DNA from: Tubiluchus corallicola
Taxonomy: Eukaryota; Animalia; Priapulida
Assembly: GCA_030141605.1 (NCBI GenBank)
Contig: JAQGDQ010000299.1
Location: forward strand, 75,837-139,836
DNA length: 64,000 nucleotides
Direction: 5' to 3'
Notes under the pieces: model-generated
Told to the model about the DNA's origin: nothing
The model's database searches: none
The model's input: only the letters and a program-made list of their open reading frames with translations
Translations under genes and position numbers: made by a program
Shown here: piece after piece, positions 1 through 25,915 of the stretch
How positions within the stretch are numbered: the stretch's first letter is position 1
How the letters are laid out: each line of letters starts with the position of its first letter

Positions 1-404
1 TCTGAATTCAGTCTTAAAGATTTTTGAGTAAATTTTCGAATCGTTACTAAAGCGCAATCTTGTCTCACAAAGATCACTGCATATTACTTGATTTTATCCT
101 TACAGTAAAAATGCTAAAAATTTGTTCAAAAATTGTGCACAGAAATCACAGCTAAACTAAGTGAGTGACGCCTCAAACGTTTAAACGGTAAAGAACGTAT
201 GCAGTTGAAGCGTTGAATTATTCGAGTCCATAATTTAAGGTTTGAATCAAATTACAACTAAAAAAACTCATTCCAATTAAATTCGAATGTTCGATGCTCA
301 TCCTAGTTATATTCAATTCTAGTCATATTTCTTTCTTGTTACAATAACCACACCTACATGTAAACAAGTCTATACAGATAGCCACTAATCCGGCATGTTA
401 TTAC

Positions 405-13427
<13,023 letters not shown>

Positions 13428-13574
13428 ATCAAGTTTTATACTTACTGGAAGCTAATAAAGTAAAAGACGAGGTTCAAGAACAAGGTGATATGAAGCCATT
13501 TTAATCTGTTTTAAAATATTTGATCAAGTGCTTTTGATCACGCATGCATGCACGCACGCACGCACGCACACGTG

Positions 13575-13810
13575 TGCTTGCAAACCAAAACCATTCATAA
13601 ACCGACATAGTTAAAACTATGTCATGATGCTTCAAAGAAGAATGTGCCAAAAATTTGGTCAAATATCGCTTTTTCGTTTTTTATAAAAACAAATGATAAA
13701 TATACTCGATTTTTAGATTCAAGCATCAAATTATCAAGAAAAAGTGTAAGAAATACCAAAAATCTAATTTTATTACCCCGTGCCCACTTTTTTGGCTAGA
13801 AACTAGTTTT
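13575..13810. mobile_element. Interspersed repeat family E; other copies ~43975-44180, ~59020-59250
   Basis: Shared CTTGCAAA...CAAAA(A)TTTGGTC...AGCATCAAATTATCAAG block. Confidence 0.6.
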
Positions 13811-15044
13811 CTAGAAACTGCAATTGTAAAAAATTCAGGGATGGTGCCTCCACGCTATTAATCCTAGTGTCCTTACCTTAATTCTTTTTCTATTAATTCT
13901 ATTATTTATTTTCCACGTGCTGAGTCATGCATGTTTAATCAGTTGTTTATTTTATGTAAATGTGCTTCAGCCGAGATCAATAAACTTGTCAGAATCTGTC
14001 TCTAAAGGGCAATCATAGATTTAGTATTACTCAGGTTACTGAGCTGCACATGTTAAAGAGAAACACGATCTGCCACAATTTCCAACAGATTTTGGAAAAG
14101 ACGTATTATGAACTATGAATTTATTTTTCACACATCAAAATACAATATTGTACACATTAATAAACAATAAATAAAATGATTTGAGTAGTGTGAGGTGAGT
14201 GTACGACCATACGGTCATTAACACACTGACCTTACTTAAATGAAAAAATTATTAAAGTTATGCGTGCTTTTGTAGACGACTTAATGTAATTGATGTAATA
14301 AAGTAAATGTAAATGATGTAACAATAGCAAGGAAATATAAGGAAAACATAATATGTAATTACGATAATGATATAGGCTGCGATGAATGAATAATTTCATT
14401 TAAACTGATTTATACCTTTTAGTTTTACTAGTAGTAGTATTAAAGTAACAAAGGTCATAATGATACCTATTAGTAAAAGAAAAACATTAGTGCAAAAAGA
14501 CACACGTGCACAAAAAAGAGAAAAAACCTCTGGTTTTCTATGCCAATGAATATTTACTAAGTAAAAATATCTTATATTGTTTGGTAGCTATTTTCAAAGA
14601 AGGAGAGGAAATGATTGTATTGGGTACACTATTCCACAAAATAACTCCATTGTGCTGTAAGGTATTTAAGCCATACGCTGTGTTAAATACTGTATTGCTA
14701 GTATTAACTCCATCACAATATTAAAAACTATGGCAATTACCTACAAAATTCAATAACAACAAATAGGTACCAAAAGAATTGGCAAAACAACTTGTCAGCT
14801 TCACAGCGCAGACATTTTGTACCGTGGCGCCATCTAGCATCTGTAACAAGTTTTAATTCAAACTTTCCAAAGCTAAATACATCTAAGATTACCAAATGAA
14901 GCACCAGTAAGAATCGCCTTAAAGGAAACCTTAAAACCTTGCAAAAAAACCACCTAGTAAACCTAAAACAACTTCGATAGCTAAGATAAATAAAGATGTT
15001 CAACAACTTCAGCCAAATCTATCTTTAGGAGTAGAAGAACTTAC

Positions 15045-15095
15045 GCTGTAAGCTGCAGATGGAAGTGGATGTAATACTCTGATAAATGTTGATAC
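15045..15095 (-). other. Probable upstream exon of BRAT1 (5' UTR or N-terminal extension)
   Basis: TTGTAG| 51 nt |GTAAGT; it is open and in frame with the exon starting at 13451. Confidence 0.4.
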
Positions 15096-16287
15096 CTACA
15101 ATAGGTGGAATGAGATTTTGAAGAACAGCACCCGCCCGCCTGGTCGATGAACATGGTTTCTTATGAATTCCTCAAAATTTAATAGTGGTACCAGAGATCG
15201 TGGTAGTTTTTGCAGAGTTAAAATTCGAGCCACTTTCAACATTTTAATTACGGCTTCTTTGCCACACCACATTTTCGTGAGACAGTATTTTGTTTGTTAA
15301 GCTAATAATAACTACATACTAGTTATAAAAAATATTTTTTTAGCACTATTGTAATTGATTTTGTTATGACATTGCTTTAGCTGCAGACAGAAAAACGTTG
15401 TAGCTTAACCCTGTAATCATTTTCAGCAATGAAAATAGAGCCACCTTCAGTTAGCCGAGTACTTTAAACCTTTCTTTTTATAGATGATAGCCCTACCAAT
15501 AGTTTTATTAGTTAGTTCTTACTGTATATGCGATTATAATAATAGACCCGCCATGATAATTTTATAATCCCAATAAAATAATGCATCACCGTTTCACCCA
15601 AAGTCAAGTCATAGAATACATCACCTTTGTCGCTTTGCGGTCATATTGTTGGAGCCCCTCCTCTTTTTTGTCATTGTTGCAGTTGGCTTAATTACGTTGG
15701 TGTTCTGTGAGTGCCTTGTATTATGTGTTACGTCTGTAATTACCACTTTAACATCTAAGGTTGAGCAGTCAATGTATTATGTGTTATGTCTGTAACATCT
15801 AAGGTTGGGCAGTCAATGTGACTAGGTCCGCGCCGGAAGAGTTTGAAGATAGTGAGTAGGGACCGAAATCTGAATCTTTTCCGGTGACTCGTTTGATGGT
15901 AGTAGTTTTGTGTGTGGCATTGTACATTGTATGATTTGCAGTTGTTTGGCTTTTTTTTGTTATTTGATGTCATTTTAGTCATTAATTAAAACTACAGCTT
16001 AATACGTTGTCTCCCATAGAAAAAAATTAAAATGCAAATGTCCGAAATTGTAAATAATTAATTTTTATTGTTTTTAAGATTATAATTATCAATTTTTTAA
16101 TTGTTAAACCTGAATTTCAAACATGGCCATAATGTAATTTAGTGAAAACAGCAACAACCACACAACTGCATATTAAAATAATCAAGAGCAGATCAAGACA
16201 AAAATTTTTCATTAATGACAGCAACAGATATTATCTAATTCAGCCGATCACAAGATATTGATTACTTCTTAAAATCCAGAAACCTGT

Positions 16288-16562
16288 TTACAAAACAAGT
16301 GCTCACGGCATATCAACAAGTTGGTTCGCATCATCCACGGATAAAATCAGTGAACTTACAAAACAAGTGCTCACGGCATATCAACAAGTTGGTTCGCATC
16401 ATCCACGGATAAAATCAGTGAACTTACAAAACAAGTGCTCACGGCATATCAACAAGTTGGTTCACATCATCCACGGATAAAATCAGTGAACTTACAAAAC
16501 AAGTGCTCACGGCATATCAACAAGTTGGTTTACATCATCCACGGATAAAATCAGTGAACTTA
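16288..16562. repeat. Tandem repeat, 4 x 68 bp
   Basis: Unit TTACAAAACAAGTGCTCACGGCATATCAACAAGTTGGTTCGCATCATCCACGGATAAAATCAGTGAAC; near-identical copies with no spacers. Confidence 0.95.
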
Positions 16563-18446
16563 TTGCAACAAGTTTATAAGTACACATACATAATATGTGC
16601 AAGATCTATGACTGCTATAGGAAAGTAGCTGACTGCTTGTAAGTGAAAAAATTGGTATTTTTATTGCTAATTGGGATACGTAATGTGGATACTTTCAAGT
16701 GATAATAAACACTAGAGCAATGAACATATGATAGCTAAGTATAAATACCTAACAGATATACAAAAATGAAAAAAATACCTAAAGCATATGTATCTCAGCA
16801 AACAACACGACTACCTGACTAATGAAATTAAAATTAAATTAAAAAGAAAACCTGGCAAATAAAATATCAATAATTTTTAAAATAATCATTCACTGTACTT
16901 TATAGATAATAAAAATATCTCAGAAATGTATCACAGAGTCACAAATAAAGTGGCCATTTTACATATTTGGCATATTGTATTGTTTAAAAAATCTTTGGCG
17001 CAATCTGGACAACACACAATATTGCTCACAATCTGCATCATAAGCACAGTTAAAAAGAAAGACAATAATTATTAGGAAATACGCGTAACAAAATACATAA
17101 AAGTTCAAAATACTGAAACAACTAAGCTCCAAAGTCAAATGTATGTAAAACAACAAATTTAACAAAAACTAAATTATACAAATAAGGTAATTTAAGTAAA
17201 AATCACAACCTAAAATATCACGTGCTGGAAACATTCGTACCCTGCAAACATGTATCCATATAATGCTATTTTTAAGTCCTTTCTTAAAGCAACTGCTAGT
17301 ATTACAAATGCTCAATTGTACCCGAATTCAAACATTTTGCAATCAAAATTTAATTATTATATTGCACGTATACAAATTACTTCAAATTCACAGCAAGCCG
17401 AAATGAGTTATCTCTTATGACAACTTATCTCTCTTTAACATTGGCATGCATTTGTCCATTTTTCAATATAAAAATGAGACTGTAACAAAAAATGACAACA
17501 AGAAATTAGCGATTTCTTGCGAAATTCCACTGCAAACCCAACCACACACAGCAAATGAAAAATATTTCCTCTGATCATCAATAACCAGTTAAAAAAGTGT
17601 GCTTATCAGTCTAAAACACCAGGGGCCAGTTGCACAAAGCTGTCACTAGGCTCAATGACGGCCGTAGGTGAGCATACTTTAATTTTATTATTTAGTCTAA
17701 TGCTCCCTCTAGTCAACCTAAAATTACCACTCATAAATTGCAAACAAGGAGGGCCAATTTTAAGCCATACCAAGAGAGGCCCCACTTTCACATGCTCAAA
17801 CCCAGGACGCTATATGATGAATTAATGAGCATCCAGTGTGCATGAAGCTTCTTGATACTGTGAAGGCAGTGAAACATTCAGTCTGACATAGTAAATCTAT
17901 ACTTCAATGTTTTCCACTGATCGTTTTTTTGTTTTGTAATTCCAGTTTATCATTTGTTTTTAAAAGGTGCATGCACAAACAGTATGTGAGTAATTATCTT
18001 AACTTGCAATAAAACATTAATTCCAATTTCTAGTACATAATCAGTGTGGCTAATGGTGGAGCCTCAAGCCCTCAACGCTTTTTGGCAGATACTGGCATGC
18101 TACACGAAGTATGAAACATAATCTTCAGTTTGGTAGGGTAGAGGGCCCCACTAATAATTTTCTAATTGAGCCCAGCACTTCCTAGCTCCGGCCCTGTAAA
18201 CAACGCTTAGTCGGGTTATTAAACTGCTGTGTATTTTGGCACTGAAATCATCATGCTACATTCCCTGTATGCTATATACTCTGCTGAAGAACATAATCAA
18301 TTGTAAAAGGCACTCATTTCAAACTGACAGGTGAACAAGTCTCCACAACTATCACTTGTTTATCGTCACTACATACACACATTGACGATATTATTGCATT
18401 CAGAAAACATTGATCAACATCTTATTTGGATTATCATAGTGATTAG

Positions 18447-18970
18447 CAGTGGCGGCTCGTGTATAGGTACTGTGGAACTGCAGCACCCCCTATTTTTACT
18501 CAGTATTATCAATAATATTCGCTATAACAAATCTTTATTCTTTAGTTTCTTCTTTATACTTGAACGGAACTAGAGCACGCGAGGGTAGTACTGTTTGCTT
18601 CACAGCCTAGCACAGTGCGCTCATAGCTCAAGCAACGTGGTGTTTGGCTGTTGTGCGCATGCGGTCATGCACACGTCTGAACCCAGGTAGACAAAGTACT
18701 GTTGCTCACACAGTTTGTTGTCATTTGTCACGTGCTTACCGGGAATGGATCAAGCTTGAACTGCGACAATTTAGGCTGTTAGCAAACAAAAAATATTTTT
18801 TGTTTAGGACTTTATCGAGTTTATGTATAAAGTTTCGCATGTTTGTTTGTTTAAAATTACAATCACAGCACTAAAATTACATATTTTTGTTTCGTTTTAC
18901 ACAGTATTAGTGCAATGACTAAAAATTAGGGGGCAGCACCACCACTAATTTTAGCGACGAGCCGCCACTG
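18447..18970. mobile_element. MITE, probably hAT-type
   Basis: Perfect 14-bp TIR CAGTGGCGGCTCGT; the 8-bp flanks match only partly (GTGATTAG / CCGATTAT). Confidence 0.75.
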
Positions 18971-19354
18971 CCGATTATCATAATACAATAATCTTATCAT
19001 CTTAGTGACAGACAACTCTCGCAACTACCTCCCAACTTTTAACATCTAATAACATCAAGACTAGGATAGTTTTCAGTAATATATAACTGATGATTGAAGG
19101 TACAATATGATGCTTCGTTGCGAATATGACTTTAAACGGCAAGATAGTGGAGGCAACACTCAAACTTACATATCGAAGGCATTATAATTTTGTTTTTGGA
19201 GCCGAGACAACACAATCAGTTACTATTTCCTGCTCTAAAGATTAACCAAAATGAACACACATTTAGAATGCTTACTAAACCAAACAAAAGAAATTATCAT
19301 GGCCAATACGTGTGCCCTCTTTTTGCACTGTGATTACCAACTCTATTGATTATA

Positions 19355-20091
19355 CAGGGTGTATCAAAAGAAACACTGCAGCAGAAATATGCTGGTATAC
19401 ATGTACTGGGATGCACAAAAACAAAGATATATAGCCGGAAAACTAGAGTTATGCAAATATAAATGTTCATTTTCACATTATTGTGATGTCGTAACCAGGG
19501 ATGATACCGAAACTGATATTACAAACCGAAACGGAAATTTATGAAATATAGGAAACCGATACCAAAACGAAACCGAACCGAAATTGATTTTGCAAAACCA
19601 ATTACTATCAAAACTGAAAAATATTCTGAAATAAATAAAATACTAAGTTTCTGCATGTAGTTAAAGACCATGATGCTTAAAAAATTGTCATATTTGTTGC
19701 CCTTATTATAAAATTAAACTTGGTAAATTGCCAGTACATGGTTTTTAAGCATTTGACAACTGATAACACACACTGCATGAGTGACAGTTCTCTCTCTACC
19801 TAAATTGCAGTATCTTATCTCAGACATGAGCGCATGACTGCATGTGTACAACAGCCAGATATGTGTTGCTGGAGTTGTGAGCACACAGTGCTGGAGTTGT
19901 GAAGCGCACAGTTCCGAAAAGTGCTCTGGTTCCGTACAAGTATAAAGAAAGAATTAAAGAAGGACTCATTATACTGAATATTATCGATAATATCGAGTGA
20001 AAATAGGGGGTTCTGCAGTTCCAGTGTCTAGACCCGCCACTGTCAGCACCTCACATTATTTCTACTGCACCGTTTCTTTCGGAACACCCTG
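19355..20091. mobile_element. Tc1/mariner-type non-autonomous element
   Basis: TA|CAGGGTGTATCAAAAGAAAC ... GTTTCTTTCGGAACACCCTG|TA. Confidence 0.7.
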
Positions 20092-20469
20092 TATGTTGGT
20101 GACTATTTATTGTTTGTTCGTTTATGTTTTACTTACAAACACTTAATGAAAAGAGGTGCAGAATTATTCATCAGAGCCCACAGCTTACCGAAGTGATTCA
20201 AGAAAATCGAATGTAGTCACGACCATTAGAGAGCAAAATTCCGGTCCACTTAAAATCAACAAGAAATTGTGCACAATTATGCATGTGCTCATAACGCTTA
20301 ATATCACAGCAACTAGTAAATTCAACTACGGAATGTATTCCAATTAAATAATTAGCTGAAATGACTGCTGTTGGTGCTGCGTGCATTCACACTTGATACA
20401 AATCACTCAAGCTGGTACATTACAAACAGCAAAGGAAACTATATTCAACGAGCAAAATATTTCTTTGTA

Positions 20470-23400
20470 TCATCGCACTGTACTTGGAGAAATTTCCAAC
20501 TGTGTCTTAGCCGCCTGGACCATTTTTTGTAGTTCCCTGAACTCCGGCATAAAGTGCGTCTCCATCCATTCGGTCACCACGTCTTCAGTGTAGACGTCAC
20601 TCAAACTTCTCACGAGTTTGTCATGGTGATTCTCATAGCCAACTAGAACTCTGCAAAGAAACGCTAGCATCTAGAGTATTTTCACACAAGTCAAAGAATC
20701 ATTCGTCGGTAAAATCACATTCAGTGGTAAAAGAACTCGGACAAATCGCCAAGTGCCAAGTTCTGCATTTTAGCTGGGTGAAATTTTAGGATATATAGGT
20801 GTTGATCACGCATGGATAACAAATTTACTTTTGCCATTGCTTTGTTAGTTACCACAAGTTCATCTTTGCGCGGTTGCTAAGTGTTTTGCAGAAATGCAAC
20901 AGAAAACAATGGCTAACTTTAACAGTGATTTTCTCAAGATTATGTTTTTCAGTGTACAACCTGCACCTCAACTTCAACGTGGATTATCTGAGCTTAGGAA
21001 TAACATAGAGCATTGAACTTGGTATCAAAATGATTCCAATGAAATGGAGATTCAGCATATGTGAATGACCAGAAAAGCTTACTTGGCGACTTATGGACGA
21101 TCTTGCTAAGCAGGCACACAAATGGAATTAGTTTTCATATTGCAATGTTTACATGCAAATATTCTATTACATAAAGACAGTGTCACCTTGAGACCATGCT
21201 ACCTTCGTCTACTCACCTTTTGATAATCGATTCGCACTGCTGCATCCAGTACGGATTGCTAAAGTTTCGCTTTATCTGGAATTCATTATACCATCCCAGA
21301 AGTCTGGAGAGAAATAAAATAAAATTATTTACATGGCCTTACTTTGTAATTTATTTGAACAGCGAAATTAAAAAATGCTTATAAAAATACGATCTCGCAC
21401 TTGCTATTTCAGCTACATAAATGAAAAGAAAGCTATAGCACACGTCAAGTTCTAAAACTGTTTTGTATAGTGTAAGAAACGATAGTACCTTGTTCTGCTA
21501 ATAGATTTTTGCTAACAAGTTACATTCTATTGAAAACTGTTAATTACCAAGCTGGGAGCCGAGTGGTTTAGGACTGCAAACCACGTTGTCTTGAGTTCGT
21601 TCGATTCTAGCGGGTGCCAACGCCACGGTACGTACCCTATATGTTATTCGTTTTTTGCGTGTTGCGTCCTTGCCTGTGTTATTGTAAGCGTAAGTCACTA
21701 AATAGCCGTTAGAGCTTTCTGATGAAAAAAGATCAATTCAAATGAAAAGGAATCAAGACTTATCAAAAAGGACTGCCAAAATTAAAAGAAACTGTTACGT
21801 AACTCACATGTCAGAATGGGACAAAGATTTGAAATCTCTTTTTAACTTGGCAAGTGTTACAACATCATCATAAACATCAGATCCAGGAAATGCAAGTTCT
21901 CCGTGAACTTCATCTGACCTGCAAAAGAATGATGATGATGATGATGATGACAATGACGATCACAACACATACAACACCAGCAGCAGCATCATAGCGAAAC
22001 CTTGCAAAACATTTTGCACAAAGCTGAAACTGTGTGCTATAACAAAAGCTCTTAGACCCATTCACCAATGATCAATAATGTACGGACATTCTACACAGTG
22101 TTTGCAAACTGCTCTGCCTTTTGATCTTAGTCACAGATCAACATTATGACACTTACATTATAACAGCCAGCAGCAGTCAAAATTTGGGTCCGGGGAAACA
22201 CCCGTTCTGGGAAACTGTGGTTTTCCCGCAAATTGTAAATGATAATGACGATATGATGCTACGCCTACTATGCCCACCATTGAAAGGGCCATTTAACCAT
22301 TACTGGCACCATGCAAAGCACATTCCCGTTCTCCAGAGTTAAGCGACCATTCAGTGATTGCCTGTAATGAATGGGTTACACTGCTAAAATGTGTCTGGTG
22401 CAAAAATTTTAAACCATGAGTGCACTAGGAATGCATAAAAATACAAGTAATAAAATAAAAAATGACAGAAGCTACAGCAAAATGCTCCTATGTCAAAAAA
22501 AACTAAAGCACTTTTTTACAAATACAATCTCATATAAAATAATACATACCATACGGGTATTATACATGCGTATCTTGACATAAACACAAAACCAACACAC
22601 GGTACAATTAAACATTCAAACAATACAATCATTTGTATTAAGAAACAAAGCAATAGGCTATATATCATGTACATACACTCACAGCTTCAAATTGAAGCCT
22701 TTTCCAGTCACAATTAATGCAAATAGGCTACCACAACACCACCATTTAACAATGCCAGCATCCACTTCGCCATTCAATAATTAGACGAGCACTAGCACTT
22801 AAATTTTGTACAAAAAGGTGCTGTACCTCTCAGTTCAGATGTGTTAGTCTGTGACGAACTACACACGTTGAACAGCTCATGCATGAGCACAGCGCGTAAA
22901 TTTTAAATTGCGGTTTTTATCTTAAAACTTGCTTACTTTTAGTACAACACACTGGATATCGTACAGCAGCACTTCAACTTTCGCTTTCGTAAACACATGC
23001 AACACGCTCGTTGAATATTTTGGCTGTAGAAAATTATGTTAGTTTGTGATGTCATCAACAGTTGGACTCGCCCCCCCCCCCGTTAATTAAGTTTTTAATC
23101 TATTATTTAATTATGAGAAACGCTTTTGCAGTATTAATTGTGTTAAAATGTATACTTTTTTCGTAGTTGAAAATGGTGTAGGATAAGAAAAACCACCCTG
23201 TCTTGTTTTAACACGTAACACTTACCTGCTGTGCATGCTATTTTATGCAACTATACAAACCAAATTTTCATAAAACAAGTAAAAAGATGGCAAAGAATAT
23301 AACTATACAACACAAACCATAACAGTCAGTACCTTGAGGGAGGATGAAACTCGAAGGGCATCTCAAAACCCAACTTCTTCCCAACTGCCATGTGCAAATC

Positions 23401-24215
23401 GTGATCAAACTTTCCTAAAGTAAAAGTGACATAAAATCAAACATAATAATCATTAAAATGTAACTTTAGCCAGAATGCAACTTGGTGCGGAAGTGACCTT
23501 ATCAAAACTGGGTCAAGATTGGCATTTTAAAGGTTTCTAAGTAAGTCCTCGCTTGACGATGCTAATGTGTTCCCACAAAGCATGACGTTAAACGAAACGC
23601 CACTAAACGAAGCCAAGACTTCCATAGAAAGTAATGTAAAAGAATGAGATATGTTCCAGATGCAAAAATCAATACTGGTTAAATCATATAAGTTAAACGT
23701 TTTAGGAGTTTTATTCATATTTCTACCGGTTAATTTCTTTCTGGTTGCCTGAAACCACCTATATATATCTTATTTACCATTACCGACTACAGCGGTTTCT
23801 CATTCATTAACGTCTAAGACTAGGCAGTGGTTAATTTGGTTAAACAATCAACACGGCAGAGCCAAAGCCAAGCCCTGGGCTACCATGGGAATTTTATCTA
23901 GATAGTTGCTGTAGCAACAGGTTGCATGCATGTTTGCTGGCAGGTCTCACTTGATATACACGGCTAGGATTTAATAGTCAGTAGGGAAGCAACAACGTAT
24001 GTAATAATTACACTATTTACGTTATTAGTGATTTTTAGAACAGAATAATGCAATATGTTCTGTTTTAATGCATCAAATTAAGTAAAAATGTTGTTGATAA
24101 AATAAAAATTTGCCTTAAGCAAAATAAAAAATCGTCGTTAAAGTGAAACTTGAGTGATTAAGTGAAAAAAGGTGTCAGAAGATCAGCGTCATTAAAACGA
24201 AATCTCCCAAAATGG

Positions 24216-24302
<87 letters not shown>

Positions 24303-24312
24303 CAGTAGCAGT

Positions 24313-24383
<71 letters not shown>

Positions 24384-25876
24384 CAGCAGTAGTAGTAGTA
24401 CAATCTTTATTTGCCATTTTAAAAACATAGACCATCATAATATACGACAAACGATCAGTGTTAGCCCATATAAAAACATACACTGTTCCGGGCAAATGCG
24501 TCTGGTTGCTAATCGAGGAGTTACTGTAGGCCTACCTATTTTTGATTAGATCAACTGGCTTTTTTCCATCAACTGTCAACTCACACGGCATTCAGCTTTG
24601 TTGCTGTTATTAAAATTTGATAAATTCACGAAATGTTATTGAAAATAGTATCTTGGAAAAGTTTTAAAACTATGCTGTTACCTGCCCTTGGGAAATGCTA
24701 TAAAGGTAACATCAAGTTTCAAACATTTCTTGATAAAGCAGTAGAGTTTAACTCTGCACAACACATTTAAATCACCTACTCATGGCCTCAAGAATTTCGT
24801 TTTGGAACATTTCAATAATCATTGGTTAATCGTCGAAAGCCAATGGTAGCTTTCCATCTGCTGTTGTCTTCTATGAATTGCTGTTTGCTTCTAGACATTC
24901 AAGAAAGTTGGAAAGCTTATTGCTTTTGGACTCTTTGGTGGTTTTGGCCACCAATTATAGATTACTGATGAGGATATGTGAGGGAGTTTTCTGTCCTTCC
25001 AACTTCTATTCACTGGTATCCATACTTGAAAAGCTACTGATAGAATAAACTTGGAAAAAATTCTTCAAATTTCATTCAGCCAACCTTGAAAATTGTCTAC
25101 AAGCCTTGTCCATGCAGTTAATTTCAAAGCCATTTTTTTATTTGTAGTGTCACATTAATTTCGTTGGAAAAGTTTTAGTTTTAAAACCATGTAAGGGTAA
25201 AATTTTATAATAATTTTTAATCAATGGTCAGTTTAGCAATTAGATTTTCAGCAGCTGCCCAAGTTAGTTTAATTTCCTTTGTCACACAAGTGCACAAATT
25301 CATTTGTTCTTGAGCCAGTTTTAAATTATATTGCTTAAAATACTTTAGCGAATGTACTTAAGTGTATTGCTTAAGTTGTTCAATGCTTATTGCTGTGCAT
25401 TCTATGGCAGCAGAATTTTCAACTTAACTGACAGAAGCGTAAAGTGACAGAAGTGAGAGAACTGACGATTGTTGAATATCGAAAAGGACTGCGTCGTACA
25501 CTTTACATATCATATAATTCTACAATGACGATAACGATCACTGAAACTTCCTCCTTTGAATTTTTAATAGCTAACAGAACGTTTACACTGTTGGCATGTG
25601 TACATCGGTCAAGAAGTACTATTTCAAAAACACCGTCACTTTAAACATGAATTCTACTTATACAACCCTAGGAGTGAATACGATATATATGACACACACA
25701 CACACACGCACACACGCACGCACTCACGCACGCACGCACGCACGCACACACACACAGACACACACACACACACAGACACACACATACACATACATTTGTT
25801 GCGATTGTCAGCAAAAAAGTGCGGTTGTGCAGAATGTAAGTAATTAAGTGCGGTTGTACAGAAAATAAGTAATTAA

Positions 25877-25915
<39 letters not shown>

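Noticed and set aside
21550-21620. tRNA gene
   Set aside because: Only A/B-box-like remnants are present, with no acceptor or anticodon stems; a SINE is more likely.
24158-24495. Poly-Cys/Tyr/Ala/Thr/Leu ORFs
   Set aside because: These come from a trinucleotide microsatellite in a HEXD intron.
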